A DNA stretch of 64,000 nt. Origin: Paragordius varius (Eukaryota > Animalia > Nematomorpha). The position numbers were made by a program, and so were the translations under genes. Each line of letters opens with the position of its first letter. Position 1 is the first letter of the stretch. Shown here piece by piece: positions 38,001-49,600 of the stretch. The stretch spans positions 1,364,001 to 1,428,000 of the forward strand of contig OZ176060.1 in the NCBI GenBank assembly GCA_964247055.1. Reading direction: 5' to 3'. Under the pieces are notes generated by a model, which saw nothing but the letters and a program-made list of their open reading frames with translations, had not been told where the DNA came from and made no database searches.

Positions 38001-38137
38001 ACTCTATATTACATTGGCATCGATAAATTTATTTATAAAAAAATAAGTTATCAATTGATTTTTCTATTTGAATTAGAAGTGCCTAACACTCTATGTAGAG
38101 GTTGATATTTTTGGTTTTTCAAGCCCATTTTGGATAA
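26057..38137 (+). CDS. Gene A: secreted-type protein with ~4 tandem F-type-lectin/discoidin-like domains. Exons 26057-26120, 26144-26338, 26367-26576, 26599-26808, 34588-34743, 34766-35008, 35031-35222, 37373-37594, 37618-37863, 37886 onward (3' end ambiguous, 38046 or 38137)
   Basis: Signal-peptide-like MIVLKMLYLIIFWAINVVRA. All introns phase 1, GT-AG, 22-28 nt or multi-kb. Repeated motifs NIA.., VDG, PWMYVDL, GQFVTL, ICEIEVFG / LCEIKIFG; half-domains join in frame across the long introns. Confidence 0.75.
27555..28550. repeat. Degenerate long inverted repeat (old MITE/foldback) in intron of gene A
   Basis: 27670-27765 is the approximate reverse complement of 28338-28435 (ATCATAAAAACTTGTTAATATG / CATATTAACAAGTTTTTATGAT), with weaker symmetry outward. 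Confidence 0.55.
29754..32111 (-). mobile_element. Internally deleted Ty3/Gypsy LTR retrotransposon; LTRs 29754-30081 and 31787-32111
   Basis: Direct repeats of 328 and 325 bp with TG...CA ends. PPT AGGAGGGGG next to the 3' LTR on the minus strand; imperfect 4-bp TSD AATC/AACC. RNase H remnant (IETHASDIGFGCILSH...PIAYAS) and integrase; no gag, protease or RT. Confidence 0.92.
30085..30984 (-). pseudogene. Gypsy integrase core and C-terminal tail (frameshifted pol remnant)
   Basis: HIDIAGP...IVSDN...TPYHPKSNGMVERLV (D,D35E) in ORF 30478-30984; tail ORF 30085-30393; C..C zinc-finger remnant upstream. Confidence 0.9.
32485..33070 (+). mobile_element. Non-autonomous Helitron copy 3
   Basis: A|TC start, 3' hairpin, CTAA|T end. 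Confidence 0.85.
36661..37208. mobile_element. CAGTAGCGTATG-family MITE with a nested 179-bp MITE (36977-37155)
   Basis: Both have CAGT...ACTG ends and TA duplications; the empty site is visible in the related copy at 15432-15433. Confidence 0.85.
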
Positions 38138-39163
38138 TATATAAATAATCCTAAAACTCTAATTAAATCCATTTTTAAAACCTTTTTTTAGAGCACTTTT
38201 GCACACGAACAAAGCGTGTTAAACATTTCTGATTTAAATCATTGTAATGTGAGTTGTTTTAATTAAACTCAATTAAAGCATATTAATTTTTATAATGTTA
38301 CAATACAGAGTCTTAGCTAGGGGGAGAAAAGAGGGGCTGATGCATTGGGCGGAGTTGAATTCGACTTTTTTGAAAAAAATGCCTTTGTGCGGTGACAATC
38401 GTACTTTTTTTGAGTTTAAAATATTTTCCCTCCTTGTACATAATAGTGGACTCTCCATAATGACGCCCCTCATCATTTAGGTCTCAGTGCAGAGCAACAT
38501 CCCCTTCCTCATAACTTCTGTGACGAACTTAAAGATAATCCATATATTATATTATAATACAAATGAGCCACTTTAAATACCGCATATACCTTTACATTCT
38601 TTTAAATGAAGAACATTCGCGCTAAATTTGGTCTCCTGTAATATTTATATTTAGTGCCTTTAAAAAATATGTTGGTAAGTACCAATGCACCCTCTAACTA
38701 CGACCCACCTTTTAACATAGGTCTTCGAAAACATTTTCCCAGTCAATCAAAAAGTCATTCCAATCAATCAAAACATTTTCCCAATCAATAAAAGCGATAT
38801 TATTTTTATATTACATTTCATATAAATTAGTATTAAATATTTTTTTAATCTGTGTGGCATTTTTTATTCTTTAAAAAGTTGTTTTACAAGCATATAAAAA
38901 ATAACATTTATATATATATTTAAATGTACATACATGTCCCTTTTCGGTACACACATATGAGAGATATACATTAACATTGCAATATGTCCCCCTTCTCGCT
39001 ACATATCATATTAGAGAACTGGTAACATCGCATATATGTTTTGCCTACTTCGATAATTAATTTTTTAGGTTTCATATAACATTTTTTTTATAAAATTAGG
39101 TATTAATCGATATCTTATGTGTTGTGCATACTTTGATAATTAATTTATAAGTTTGATATATAA

Positions 39164-39487
39164 TCTACATATTTATAAAAATGGAAAATGCTGGCTTTGT
39201 AATCTGGTATCGGAAAACCGGTAGACCCATTCAAATCCAAACATCGAAAATATATAATCATTAATGAATGCCCCGACAATAGCTTCTCCCTTTTTTTGAA
39301 ATAGGCCCCCAGTTCGGGCCCACCTCGTGTAAACGGTTTTTTTGAAAATAGAAGTTCACAAAAATCGTGTCTTTGAGACAATTTTCTGGAGAACGTGTTG
39401 GATCATCCAATTTCAAATATGATTTTTGTTTCTTATTTTCGATTGCGTCGAACATATTCGAGTCACTTTTTTAATTTAGGTCCTCTT
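39164..39487 (+). mobile_element. Non-autonomous Helitron copy 4 (3'-truncated)
   Basis: A|TCTACATATTTATAAAAATGGAAAATGCTGG start, colinear with other copies. Confidence 0.8.
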
Positions 39488-39601
39488 TGAGCAAAATTCA
39501 ATTATTTCACATTTAGGTGTTTTTTATGAAAAAAAAATTATATATTTCTCTGATAAGATATGTACCGAAAAGGAATCATATTGCAATGTTATTTTATTAT
39601 A

Positions 39602-41287
39602 CAGTAGCGTATGCAGTAAAATATTGTTAGTGCGCAATAATCTAAAAACACAAAACAGGGGGATATTATGGATAGTGTATACAAAATCAGGGGACAATCT
39701 TGGTATATGTAAAAATGCGCATTTGGTTTTCGTAAAATTGCGATGAAAAATTGTAAAAATATTAGTGAAACAGAATTTCCCAGATTTCTTATAAAAAAAT
39801 GTTAATTTTTCATTTCATGTAGAACATTCCTGAATTGAATTATGGAACTGTATACAAATACTATTAGAAATTATACAAGATCTTTATTTAAATTAATACT
39901 TGCTTTTCTCGATCTATTTAAAACTGAATAAGCGTGAGGTTAAAAATTAAAATATTTTTAAAATTTAGGGTTTTTTGTTAAAAATAATTACATAAGTTTA
40001 CTTGTTAAATGCATTGCTTATATTATTTATTAACCTCTTATTAACTGCTAAACTTTTAGATTTCTTAATTTTTTGTAGTTTTCACAACATCTAATCTTCT
40101 AGTAACGTTATCTAAAATGAATATATCTGTAATACATTTCTAGAAGTATCAATTTGTTGAATATTTGGTATTGTGGCTTCATTTTCCTCTGAGTATTCAT
40201 AAACATTTAATAAATTTTAAATAAAAAACATCATAAATATTTCTCACAAAAATTTTATGTACAGTAGCGTATGCAGTAAAAGATTGTTAGTGCAAAATAA
40301 TCTAAAACAGGGGGATATTATGGATATGTTTATAAATAAGACTGAATGATAATCAAATATGAAAATTGAGGACATTTGGTCGACACATTTGGTATTGAAA
40401 ATCTAATACATAAAATTTTTATGAGAAATATTTATGATGTCATTTATTGAAAATTTATTAAATGCTTATGAATACTCAGAGGAAAATGAAGCCACAATAC
40501 CAAATATTCAACAAACTTCTAGAAATGTATTACAGGATATATCCAATTTAGATAATTACTAGAAGATTAGATAATATTATTTAACATGTTCATTAAAATT
40601 ATTGTTCATATATACTTATTTCTCAGTGTTAATAAATAGATATTTATTATTATATAATATATGGTTTTTATTGTTGCACATTTAAGAAAACATAATTGTT
40701 AAATATATCCTTGTGTTTAAAATCTTGTGAATCTGTGAAAAAGACAAGGTGTCGGTTAATAAAAAATAATATAAATTTAACAATTAAACTTATGTAATAA
40801 TCCTTTAATTTTTCACCTCACGCTTAGTTTTAAATAGGTCGAGAAAAGCAAGTAATAATAATTTAAATAAAGATCTTGTATAATTTCTAATTGTATTTGT
40901 ATACAGTTTCATAATTCAAATCACGAATGTTCAAAACTAAGAATAAATCTGGGAAATAATGATTCACTAATATTTTTACAATTTTTCATCATAATTTTAC
41001 AAAAACCAAATGCGCATTTTTACATATACCAATATTGTCCCCTGATTTTGTATACACTATCCATAATATCCCCCTGTTTGTGTTTTTAAGATTATTGCGC
41101 ACTAACAATCTTTTACTGCATACGCTACTGTATTAGCTTTTCAATACCAAATGTGCCGACCAAATGTCCTCAATTTTCATATTTTGATTATCATTCAGTC
41201 TTATTTGTAAACATATCCATAATATCCCCCTGTTTTGTGCTTTTTAGAATATTTTGAACTAACAATCTTTTACTGCATGCGCTACTG
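39602..41287. mobile_element. CAGTAGCGTATG-family element with a second copy (40262-41130) inserted in opposite orientation
   Basis: Four TA-flanked CAGT/ACTG termini (39602, 40262, 41130, 41287); interleaved inverted repeats a-b-a'-b'. Confidence 0.8.
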
Positions 41288-41381
41288 TATCTATCATATA
41301 TGACCGAAAAGGGCATGTATGTGCATACAAATATACATGTAATTGTTGATATGCTTATGTAACAACTTATAAAAGTAAATA

Positions 41382-42708
41382 CAGTGCATTTTAATGTATG
41401 TTCAGTAATTTTATTTACAACCGTAACATGCGTTTTTACCTGTATGCTCAGATATAACTATATTTGTATATTAGTTATCAATGTAAAACAAAAAAAAATA
41501 ATTTTCCTTAAAATTTAAAAAACCGCAAATCATAGTAATAATTACCTGATATCAATGTATAAAAAATATAGTAATTAATAAATTAGCAAGGTTCTACAAA
41601 AAATTAATAATTTTAATTTATTAAAAACCGCAATTTTCCCCTGTTTTTTAAATATCCAAAATATGTAGTAATTAATTACAACTAACAATGCAAAACCTAA
41701 AAAACAAAAAAAACTAAATTTTTACTATATTTGTTAAAAACCGCAATTTTCTGTATTTATTATAATGTCCAAAATATGTAGTATACAACTGACAATGCAA
41801 AACCTAAAAAACAAAAAAACTAATTTTTTATATTTGTTAAAAACTGCAATTTTTACCTGTATTTATTATAATATCCAAAATATGTAGCAATTAATTACAA
41901 CTAATAATGCAAAACCTAAAAAAACAAAAAAAACTAAATTTTTACTAAATTTGTTGAAAACTGCAATTTTTACCTGTATTTATTATATTGTCCAAAATAT
42001 GTAGTAATTAATTACAAATAACAATGCAAAACCTAAAAAACAAAAAATAACTAAATTTTTACTAATTTTGAAAACCGCAATTTTTACCTGTATTTATTAT
42101 AATGTCCAAAATATGTAGTAATTGATTATAATTAACAATGTTACATAAAAAAACAAAAAAAAATAAATTTGACTAAATTTAAAAACCGAGTTTTTACCTG
42201 ATTAAATGTCTGAAATACTTAAATTAATAATTAACAACAAAACATAAAAGACAAAAATCTAAAATCTACTTAAATTTTCACAAATATATATTTACCTGTG
42301 TTTTTAAATAGTAATAACAACTATATAAAATTATTATACCAATATTGATTAATACAGGTATTTAGCATGTTGAAAAATATTTATTATTAATAGGAAAAAT
42401 TAACATATAAATCTTAAAATACGTATTTTACTATTTATTAATTTATCAAAGATAAAAACCCACAAAATTCCGCATCCAAATACGTAACAACAATATTACA
42501 AATGTTAACATAAATTGCTATAATATTCTCAAAACTTAACATTACAAAATATCCATCAAATTAAAGCCTATGTTAATTCTCACGTCAATCCTCTTTCATA
42601 TGTGTATTACGAAATAATTTCGTGGGTCAGTATTTTGCGCATTGGATAAACTATTTATGTTATTGGACTGGCAATAAAATTACTGAACATACATTAAAAT
42701 GCATACTG
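41382..42708. mobile_element. Non-autonomous TA-flanked element with ~34-bp TIRs enclosing a tandem array
   Basis: CAGTGCATTTTAATGTATGTTCAGTAATTTTATT / AATAAAATTACTGAACATACATTAAAATGCATACTG, TA on both sides. Confidence 0.75.
41620..42300 (+). repeat. Tandem array of ~103-117 bp units (about 5-6 copies)
   Basis: AAAAC(C/T)GCAATTTT anchor at ~41623, 41736, 41839, 41956, 42070, 42181. Confidence 0.9.
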
Positions 42709-45281
42709 TAAAAATGCCATACACGAAAAAAAAATTAACAGTATTAATTTCTAATAAATTTCTGTAAAATACATAAGTAGCTTACCATGGGAATTCTAAA
42801 AAGGATATTATTTTATATTAACAAAATGATTATGCATTTTTTATTTGTTTAATCCCAATATTGCGCATCAAATGACTTATGCTTATTTTAATTTTTAGAT
42901 GTTCATTTCACCTCGTATTAAGCCTCAAATAAATCATATTTATTTAAACATATCCATAACCCTTTGAATTGAAATAAATTTTGAAAATTTGGGAGTTTTT
43001 TAGCAAATAAAATATCTGATAATATTTGACCATAGTATAACCTTTTCTGTTCTCGCTATGCAAATATAACTTTTATTTTTTGAGTCCTCTGTTTTAATAA
43101 AACTTTTTAAACATTGTTGATAAAAGCAATTTTATATTTTTTAAAACTTTTAATTAGGATAATGAACTAGATTATAAAATAACTATGACAAAAACAAATA
43201 TTACATTATGACTAGTATATATTTCTAGAAAGTTACTAATTATTGTCAAAAAGCATATGCAACAAAGGGCAGTATTATTGAATTATAGTTATTTTTTCAC
43301 TTTTTACTACATTAGCCAATTATATACTTCCTATTGTTTTCTCTTTTTGGCAATAACTTTATAGCAATATATACCTACTCATACTGTAATTTCTCATATT
43401 TAAAATGATTATATTGAGTTGAATTCAAGTTTTAAGTCACCCAAAATTAAATTTCATGAGACTAATCAATTAATTGTGCAATATTGGAGTTGATAATGAA
43501 ATCCATTTATAAATCATTGATCGTTAAAGTAAATAAAGTGTTACATACTTACAAAATTACGTCCTAAATGCTTATCCGTTTTATGCTAAAACGCAATATT
43601 TTTAAAGAATGTCGCTTTGAAAATATAGTAGCATAGATTTATGATGAATTAAAAAGCATTATTAAAAAAACATAGTCATCAGGACGTAAGTAGTATCTAG
43701 CTAAGTATTTTTGTATTTACATTTGGGTTTTGTGTTTTTATAGAATAATATCCTTTTTATTATGTTCATAATGATAATGTTCAAAAATTAAACCGTTTTT
43801 ATTTATTAAAAATGTTTTAAAAAAGTTCTAAAATATAATATAAAATTTTTCGATCTGGGAGTTTCGATTGATTGGAAAATTCAAATGACTGGGAACTCCT
43901 TTCATTTCACTGAAAAAAGTTTTTTTCTGGGAAACGATAGATGGTGCATAAATCTTTCAGTCACTTGATTTTTGGCAAAATAACAATAGAGTAGCAGATT
44001 TTAAACCGATGTTATTTAATATTGAACATCTCCTTCAGTTAAAAAATGTGACAGCTAAATTGAGACATTAATGTTAATATTTCCCCTATTAAAAACATTA
44101 AAAACAAACTTTGGCTGAAATGATAATCGAAAAATGCGATTTGATTTTAAAGTTTAACAACACAACAATATTGCTCAAGGTTGTTTATTTATTTTGAAAC
44201 CATTCACCTGTTTGTTGAATGTTTTAATATACAACACATATGGCAATACTAAAGCCAGAGCCAAAATAATCAGAGCAGCCGTTTTTTGTCTGTTTCTATA
44301 AATTATTTCATTTATATGACAGAGCACAATTTTTTTTGCAAAGAGAGTGTCCTCCGATTTGAACCAAGTCAAAAAAGCTGGAGCTGGTTTGACTTCTTAA
44401 AAATATAGTAATTCAGCCGATTCTTGACGTTTAAATTCCAGGGTTTTAACAAAAGAATTACATACATTTTTATGATAAAAATTAAATCAACTATGAAAAA
44501 TAAATAAGTATTACTTAAACAAATTTAATAGCTATGCCTGATGAATTTATATATTGGAGTATATTACTAAAGAAAATTTTATTGAGGTTATTCCACTTAG
44601 TGAATCGTTGTTAGACTACTAATTTCATATTAAATGTTATAGTTGCACTAAATTATGTATTATAAAAAACTTGAGTATACGATATAAGGTTGACCAATTC
44701 ATATTCAGAAGGATGGTTTTCCTATTTCCCGACAGTTCAAATATATTGGAAACTTGTAAATGTATGATTTTAAATGTTTAGAATTTCCCACCTTCCAACA
44801 ATTTATAGTTATGTTATCATATCCTACACATTAATCCCATGTCTGTTTAATGGATTTTCTCTGCTGGCTCTATCGGTTTATTAGCAGGACTTGGCCTGGA
44901 AAATGTGTCTATATATTTTCGTCTAACAAAGTATACTCTTAACATCGTTATTTTCTTTTCTCACAACATGTTTCCATCTTTTCCTTTTATTGCAGTAGCA
45001 TATACTGGTGCATCCCGCGTCTGTTGCTGCGCAACTTAATACTTTTGCTTTGTGCTTACCATTAATCTATCATAGAATATAATTATTTCTTTAACCTAAA
45101 CAATTCGCAATTCCCTGTTTCTAATTATGTGAAAGAAAAATCAATTATGTCCATAGCTTTCTCCCAGGAAAAAGCTGTAACATTAACTTTGTATGAAATA
45201 TGCTATATTTTAGGAAATATACCGTTTACTGGTCTAACACCTAAGATTTTTTTACTTGGGTTTATCTATATTTTTGGCCCC

Positions 45282-46140
45282 GATTTAACGTTAAACTCAA
45301 AATTTTTAAAATTAAAAGTTTTAGATATGAAGCCATGTATTTTATATCATTTGAAGGAGCGCGAAAAACTGTATCTTTCAAATGGTAGTAAGTCATTTAA
45401 ATCAATCTTATATAAATGTTTTTTAGGTTTATATGGTCAAAATTTTCAAACCTTTGATAAGACAAAAATTTTCACAGTAAATTTAAAAATCATATAAATT
45501 ATTTTTACATAATTATTAGGGGTAGATTAAAAAAATAATCTTTGAAAGAGCTTTTGGTTTGCTTTTTTGATAAAAATATTATAAAAATTATTTTACCTAG
45601 ATACTAGGATAACTGTAAATTTATTACATCTTAAAAGATCTAAACTTTGTTTTAGTCTTAAAAATTATATTATAAGACTATTAAAGAATATAAAATAATA
45701 TTGATGAGATGGTAATGTGTAAAAAACTTAAAAATAGCTGTTTTAAATGACATGAAAGCAATAAATAAGTGTTTTACTCAAAAATGCTTTCTGTGTTATC
45801 TTTTTTGGACATTCATTGCCATCTAGACACAGTTTAAGCTTTTTTCATCCATTTGTTTTAAAAATATATTAAGAAAATTGCTCTCGCTTCGCGCGTTTGT
45901 CGCATCCTATGTCCAATATTAACTATCGATGTAAAACATATTAGTATGTATTTTGAGTTTTTATTAGCTTTTGAATAATATATTATATATGGGCTGTTGT
46001 ATATCTCCAAAAAACATTTTTGTAAAATTTTGATAAACATAATCATAAAAAATCAAAGTATACAAAATTCTTAGATGGTGTTATAATTTTTATATCAAAT
46101 TTACTGTTAAAATGATAATAAATATCAGATTGCAGAAAAA
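45282..46140 (+). repeat. Diverged solo copy of the ~860-bp module found in the palindromic transposon arms (24321-25200)
   Basis: Shared blocks AAAATTAAAAGTTTTAGATATGAAGCCATGTATTTTATATCATT, CTTTTGGTTTGCTT, TCGCTTCGCGCGTTTGT in the same order. Confidence 0.8.
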
Positions 46141-46689
46141 TTTGTTGTTTAGTGTTATATTTATAATTGTAATTAAATAGTCTATATAGGAAAAATCAAG
46201 GATTAAAGTATGGTTATTGTTTTTTTATTTTTACGTTTTATCCACAAAACATAAATTTTATTGTATTTTATTACTGCATATACCTTAGACTCAAAGGTCG
46301 TAATTATAGACCATTCTAAAGTCAAAAATTTGGATATATATAACATAGATCGAAATATAAAAATGATGCATTAAAATTGATATTACTTATTATATGAAAC
46401 CTTAAAGTAAAAATTTAGCAAACTTAACATGTATGCATAATCTAAATATAAAAATTCAAAATGAACCACATTTATTTATATTGATATAAGATCTAAAAAA
46501 TAATTTAAACTATCGGAAAAGGACAATATTTTGCAAAAATTTGCAAATTAAAAATGGGTTGAATTACTTGGATTTATATATAGCGTTTTTTCATAATAAA
46601 GTTTTTAGAAGTCTATATATTATATCAAAATAGAGGGACAAATTTAAAGCGGACCCGTGTCTCTCAGTATTTTTGTAACACAATTAAAC

Positions 46690-49600
46690 ATGGTAGTTTT
46701 TGTCTATATTTTTACTATTTTGGCATTTTACATATTTTATTTGGCCTCTGTAAATCTTACCAATTGAACTGATTCTAAATTTATTTTAGACTACCCATCT
46801 AATATATATATTTTTTAGATTCCCTATTATAAACCAGTGAAATCTGAAAATGAAACATTTACAGAATCTCCAGGAAAATTTGTAACTTTGCAATCTAATG
46901 TTCTCTTAAAATTATGCGAATTTGAAATATATGGAATAGGTAGCAATATGCTTTAATTTTAGCCAATGTAGCAAAATTAAAGACTGCATTTCACGGAGGA
47001 GATTCAACAGATGCGAAAAAGGGTGTAGATGGAAATCCGGATTTTTATCTCAAAGATAAAATGGCCTCATGTGATGTTTTCACTACACCCATATCTACCG
47101 ATCCAAGATGGGGTGTGTTTTTGGAAGACTTATATTTGATTTACGAAGTTGAAATTATATCTACAAAATTTGGTATATATTAAATTTTATAAAAGGTAAT
47201 GCTGAGATTTCTGTTAGTGTGGGTTGGCATGGCATTTTTGAGCTAAATTTACAATGTGGTAATGTCTTTAAAGGACGGTCGGATCAAAATTATGCTCGAT
47301 TTAAATGCACATATGAAAAAAAGAATTATTTAATAGGGAAATTTATTACAATAAAAGTAATTAAGTATTTTATAATAAAGATGAAAGGAGAAAATACAAC
47401 TTTGAGTCTATGCGAAGTTTTTGCATATGGTCGATTGGCAGAATCTAGTAAGTTATTATTAATGTCTTAGCCTTTTTAATTCACCTTTAATATAAATACA
47501 CATTTTAAGAATTTAAATTTATTTAAAATATAAATAAAATTTACATATAAAATTAAAAAAGTTTTGTATTTTTAGCAACATTTTAGAATTTTTAATTATA
47601 TTTATTTTATATTTCCAAATTATATTTTAGAATTTAATTGTTTAAATATAAATGTTGTGGGCAAGTGTGTATTAATATAGAAAAGAATTATATATATATA
47701 TATATATATATAATAATATATACTGCTCGGTAAAAAATAGCCTGATGAAACATAATATATATATTCTGATAAAAAATGTATAAGGATTATCGTTTTGATC
47801 CTTACAAGTGAAATAAGAAAGCATTTTACACTTTTGTAGGTAAGTGCTTCGTATCATAAAATGTCAATTTTTCCGCATATTTTTTTAAAAAGTTTTTTAT
47901 GATGAAGTATAAATGCTTCTTTCTAAATACCCTTAACCTATAGCATATATTACATATAAAAAGCAAAGCAATATATTGAAAAAGTATAATTCAGATGTAA
48001 AGCTCCGAAAGTCCCAAACTTTTTCGCTTGTAAAATGGGCTAGTTCTATTAAAAGAAACGAAAAATGCCGATATTGCATTAAAATTTTATAGATATACTA
48101 TAATTTAACACCAAATAAAAATATTTTTTCAATTAGCAAAACTTTATCGAAGTTAATAATGTACCATTTGCAAGTCAGGAGTGTATTTGAACATTTAAGT
48201 TGGTCCTTAAACTTTTTAAGTTTGGGTTTAACATATTTTTTTAACCTAATTTTCTAAAAATATTTAATATTCTTTTAATAATTTTTTTCAACCAAAAAGC
48301 ACTTTTTTGACCTTTTTCAATTCACCAATAATAATAACTTATAAATGAAAAATAATTGTAACAACATATAACTTGCATTTTTGAATACAAATCTTACTAA
48401 TATTAATATAAAAAATTAAAGATATAATAGATCTGAATGAAAAGTTTAAACTGATATATAAGTTTACGTTAAATGAAGAGAATATGTTAATGATATATGT
48501 AAATTACATGGTTGATTGATAAAACTCAGCAAAATTAGTATTCATCAAAAATCATTGTTATACATATTATTTTTTCCTATTTCTTGGTGTCTTTTTTTAT
48601 TTTTACTCTCCTAGCTATATATTTTTTCTTTTATAATTTTATGCTTATTTTGTAAATATAAAGAGTTATATTTATAATTTTCTTATATTATCAAATATTG
48701 ACATTTATAAATATTATTGTCTATCTATATATTTATAAAAATGGAAAATGCTGGCTTTGTGATCTGGTACCGGAAAACCGGTAGACCCATTCAAATCCAA
48801 AATTCGAAAATATATAATCATTAATGAATGCCCCGACAATATCTTCGCCTTTTTTTGAAAAGGCCCCCAGTTCGGGCCCACCCCATGTGAAAAACGGGTT
48901 TTTTTTTGAAAACAGAAGTCCACAAAAATCGTGTCTTTGAGACAATTTTCTGGAGAACTTGTTGGACCATTCAATTTTAAATATGATTTTTGTTTACTTA
49001 TTTTCGATTGCGCCGAACATAGTCGGCTCGCTTTTTTAATTTAGGCCCTTTTTTTATCCGCTCCCCCGTATGCCTTTTTTTCAAAAAACAAAGTCGACAA
49101 AAATGATTTTTTGAATCTATATTCCGCCCAAGTAAACAATATATTAGTATGAATGCACCGTTTTGAAATTCCAATGAGATCATATCTATCAAATAATGTT
49201 TCGAATAATTCACATATCTGGATCATTTCATTTTCCCTTTTTTCACGCTAGTATATTATTAAATTTTTTTATTTATTATCGTAGCCATATATTTTTGAGT
49301 AAAGCGGTAATTGAGAGGGAATGCAATGGGAAACAATGTTTTTCTTTTATTTTTTTATTATTTTATGATTACTCTGTTATAAAGAGAAATATTAATATTC
49401 ATAATTTATCAAAAATTGAAAACATTTTTAAAGTTTAAATATTACATATATAAGTTATTATAGTATCCTAGATATTTATTTATTTTTTTGTAAAGCGGGT
49501 AAGTGAGAGGGAAGGCAATGGCAAACCTCCCTCTTTTTTTATTGCCAAAAAATAGTTTTACTATATGAACTTAACGAGACTTTTCAAAGTTGGATGCTGG

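Noticed and set aside
38270-38720. GC-richer coding-like segment (ORFs 38273-38476, 38295-38480)
   Set aside because: Stops in all frames and no motif I could assign; probably a decayed TE.
44175-45050. ORF 44175-44372 with hydrophobic stretch and nearby KGKDGNML motif
   Set aside because: Upstream in-frame stop and only faint LINE-like similarity; cannot be supported as a gene or assigned to a family.
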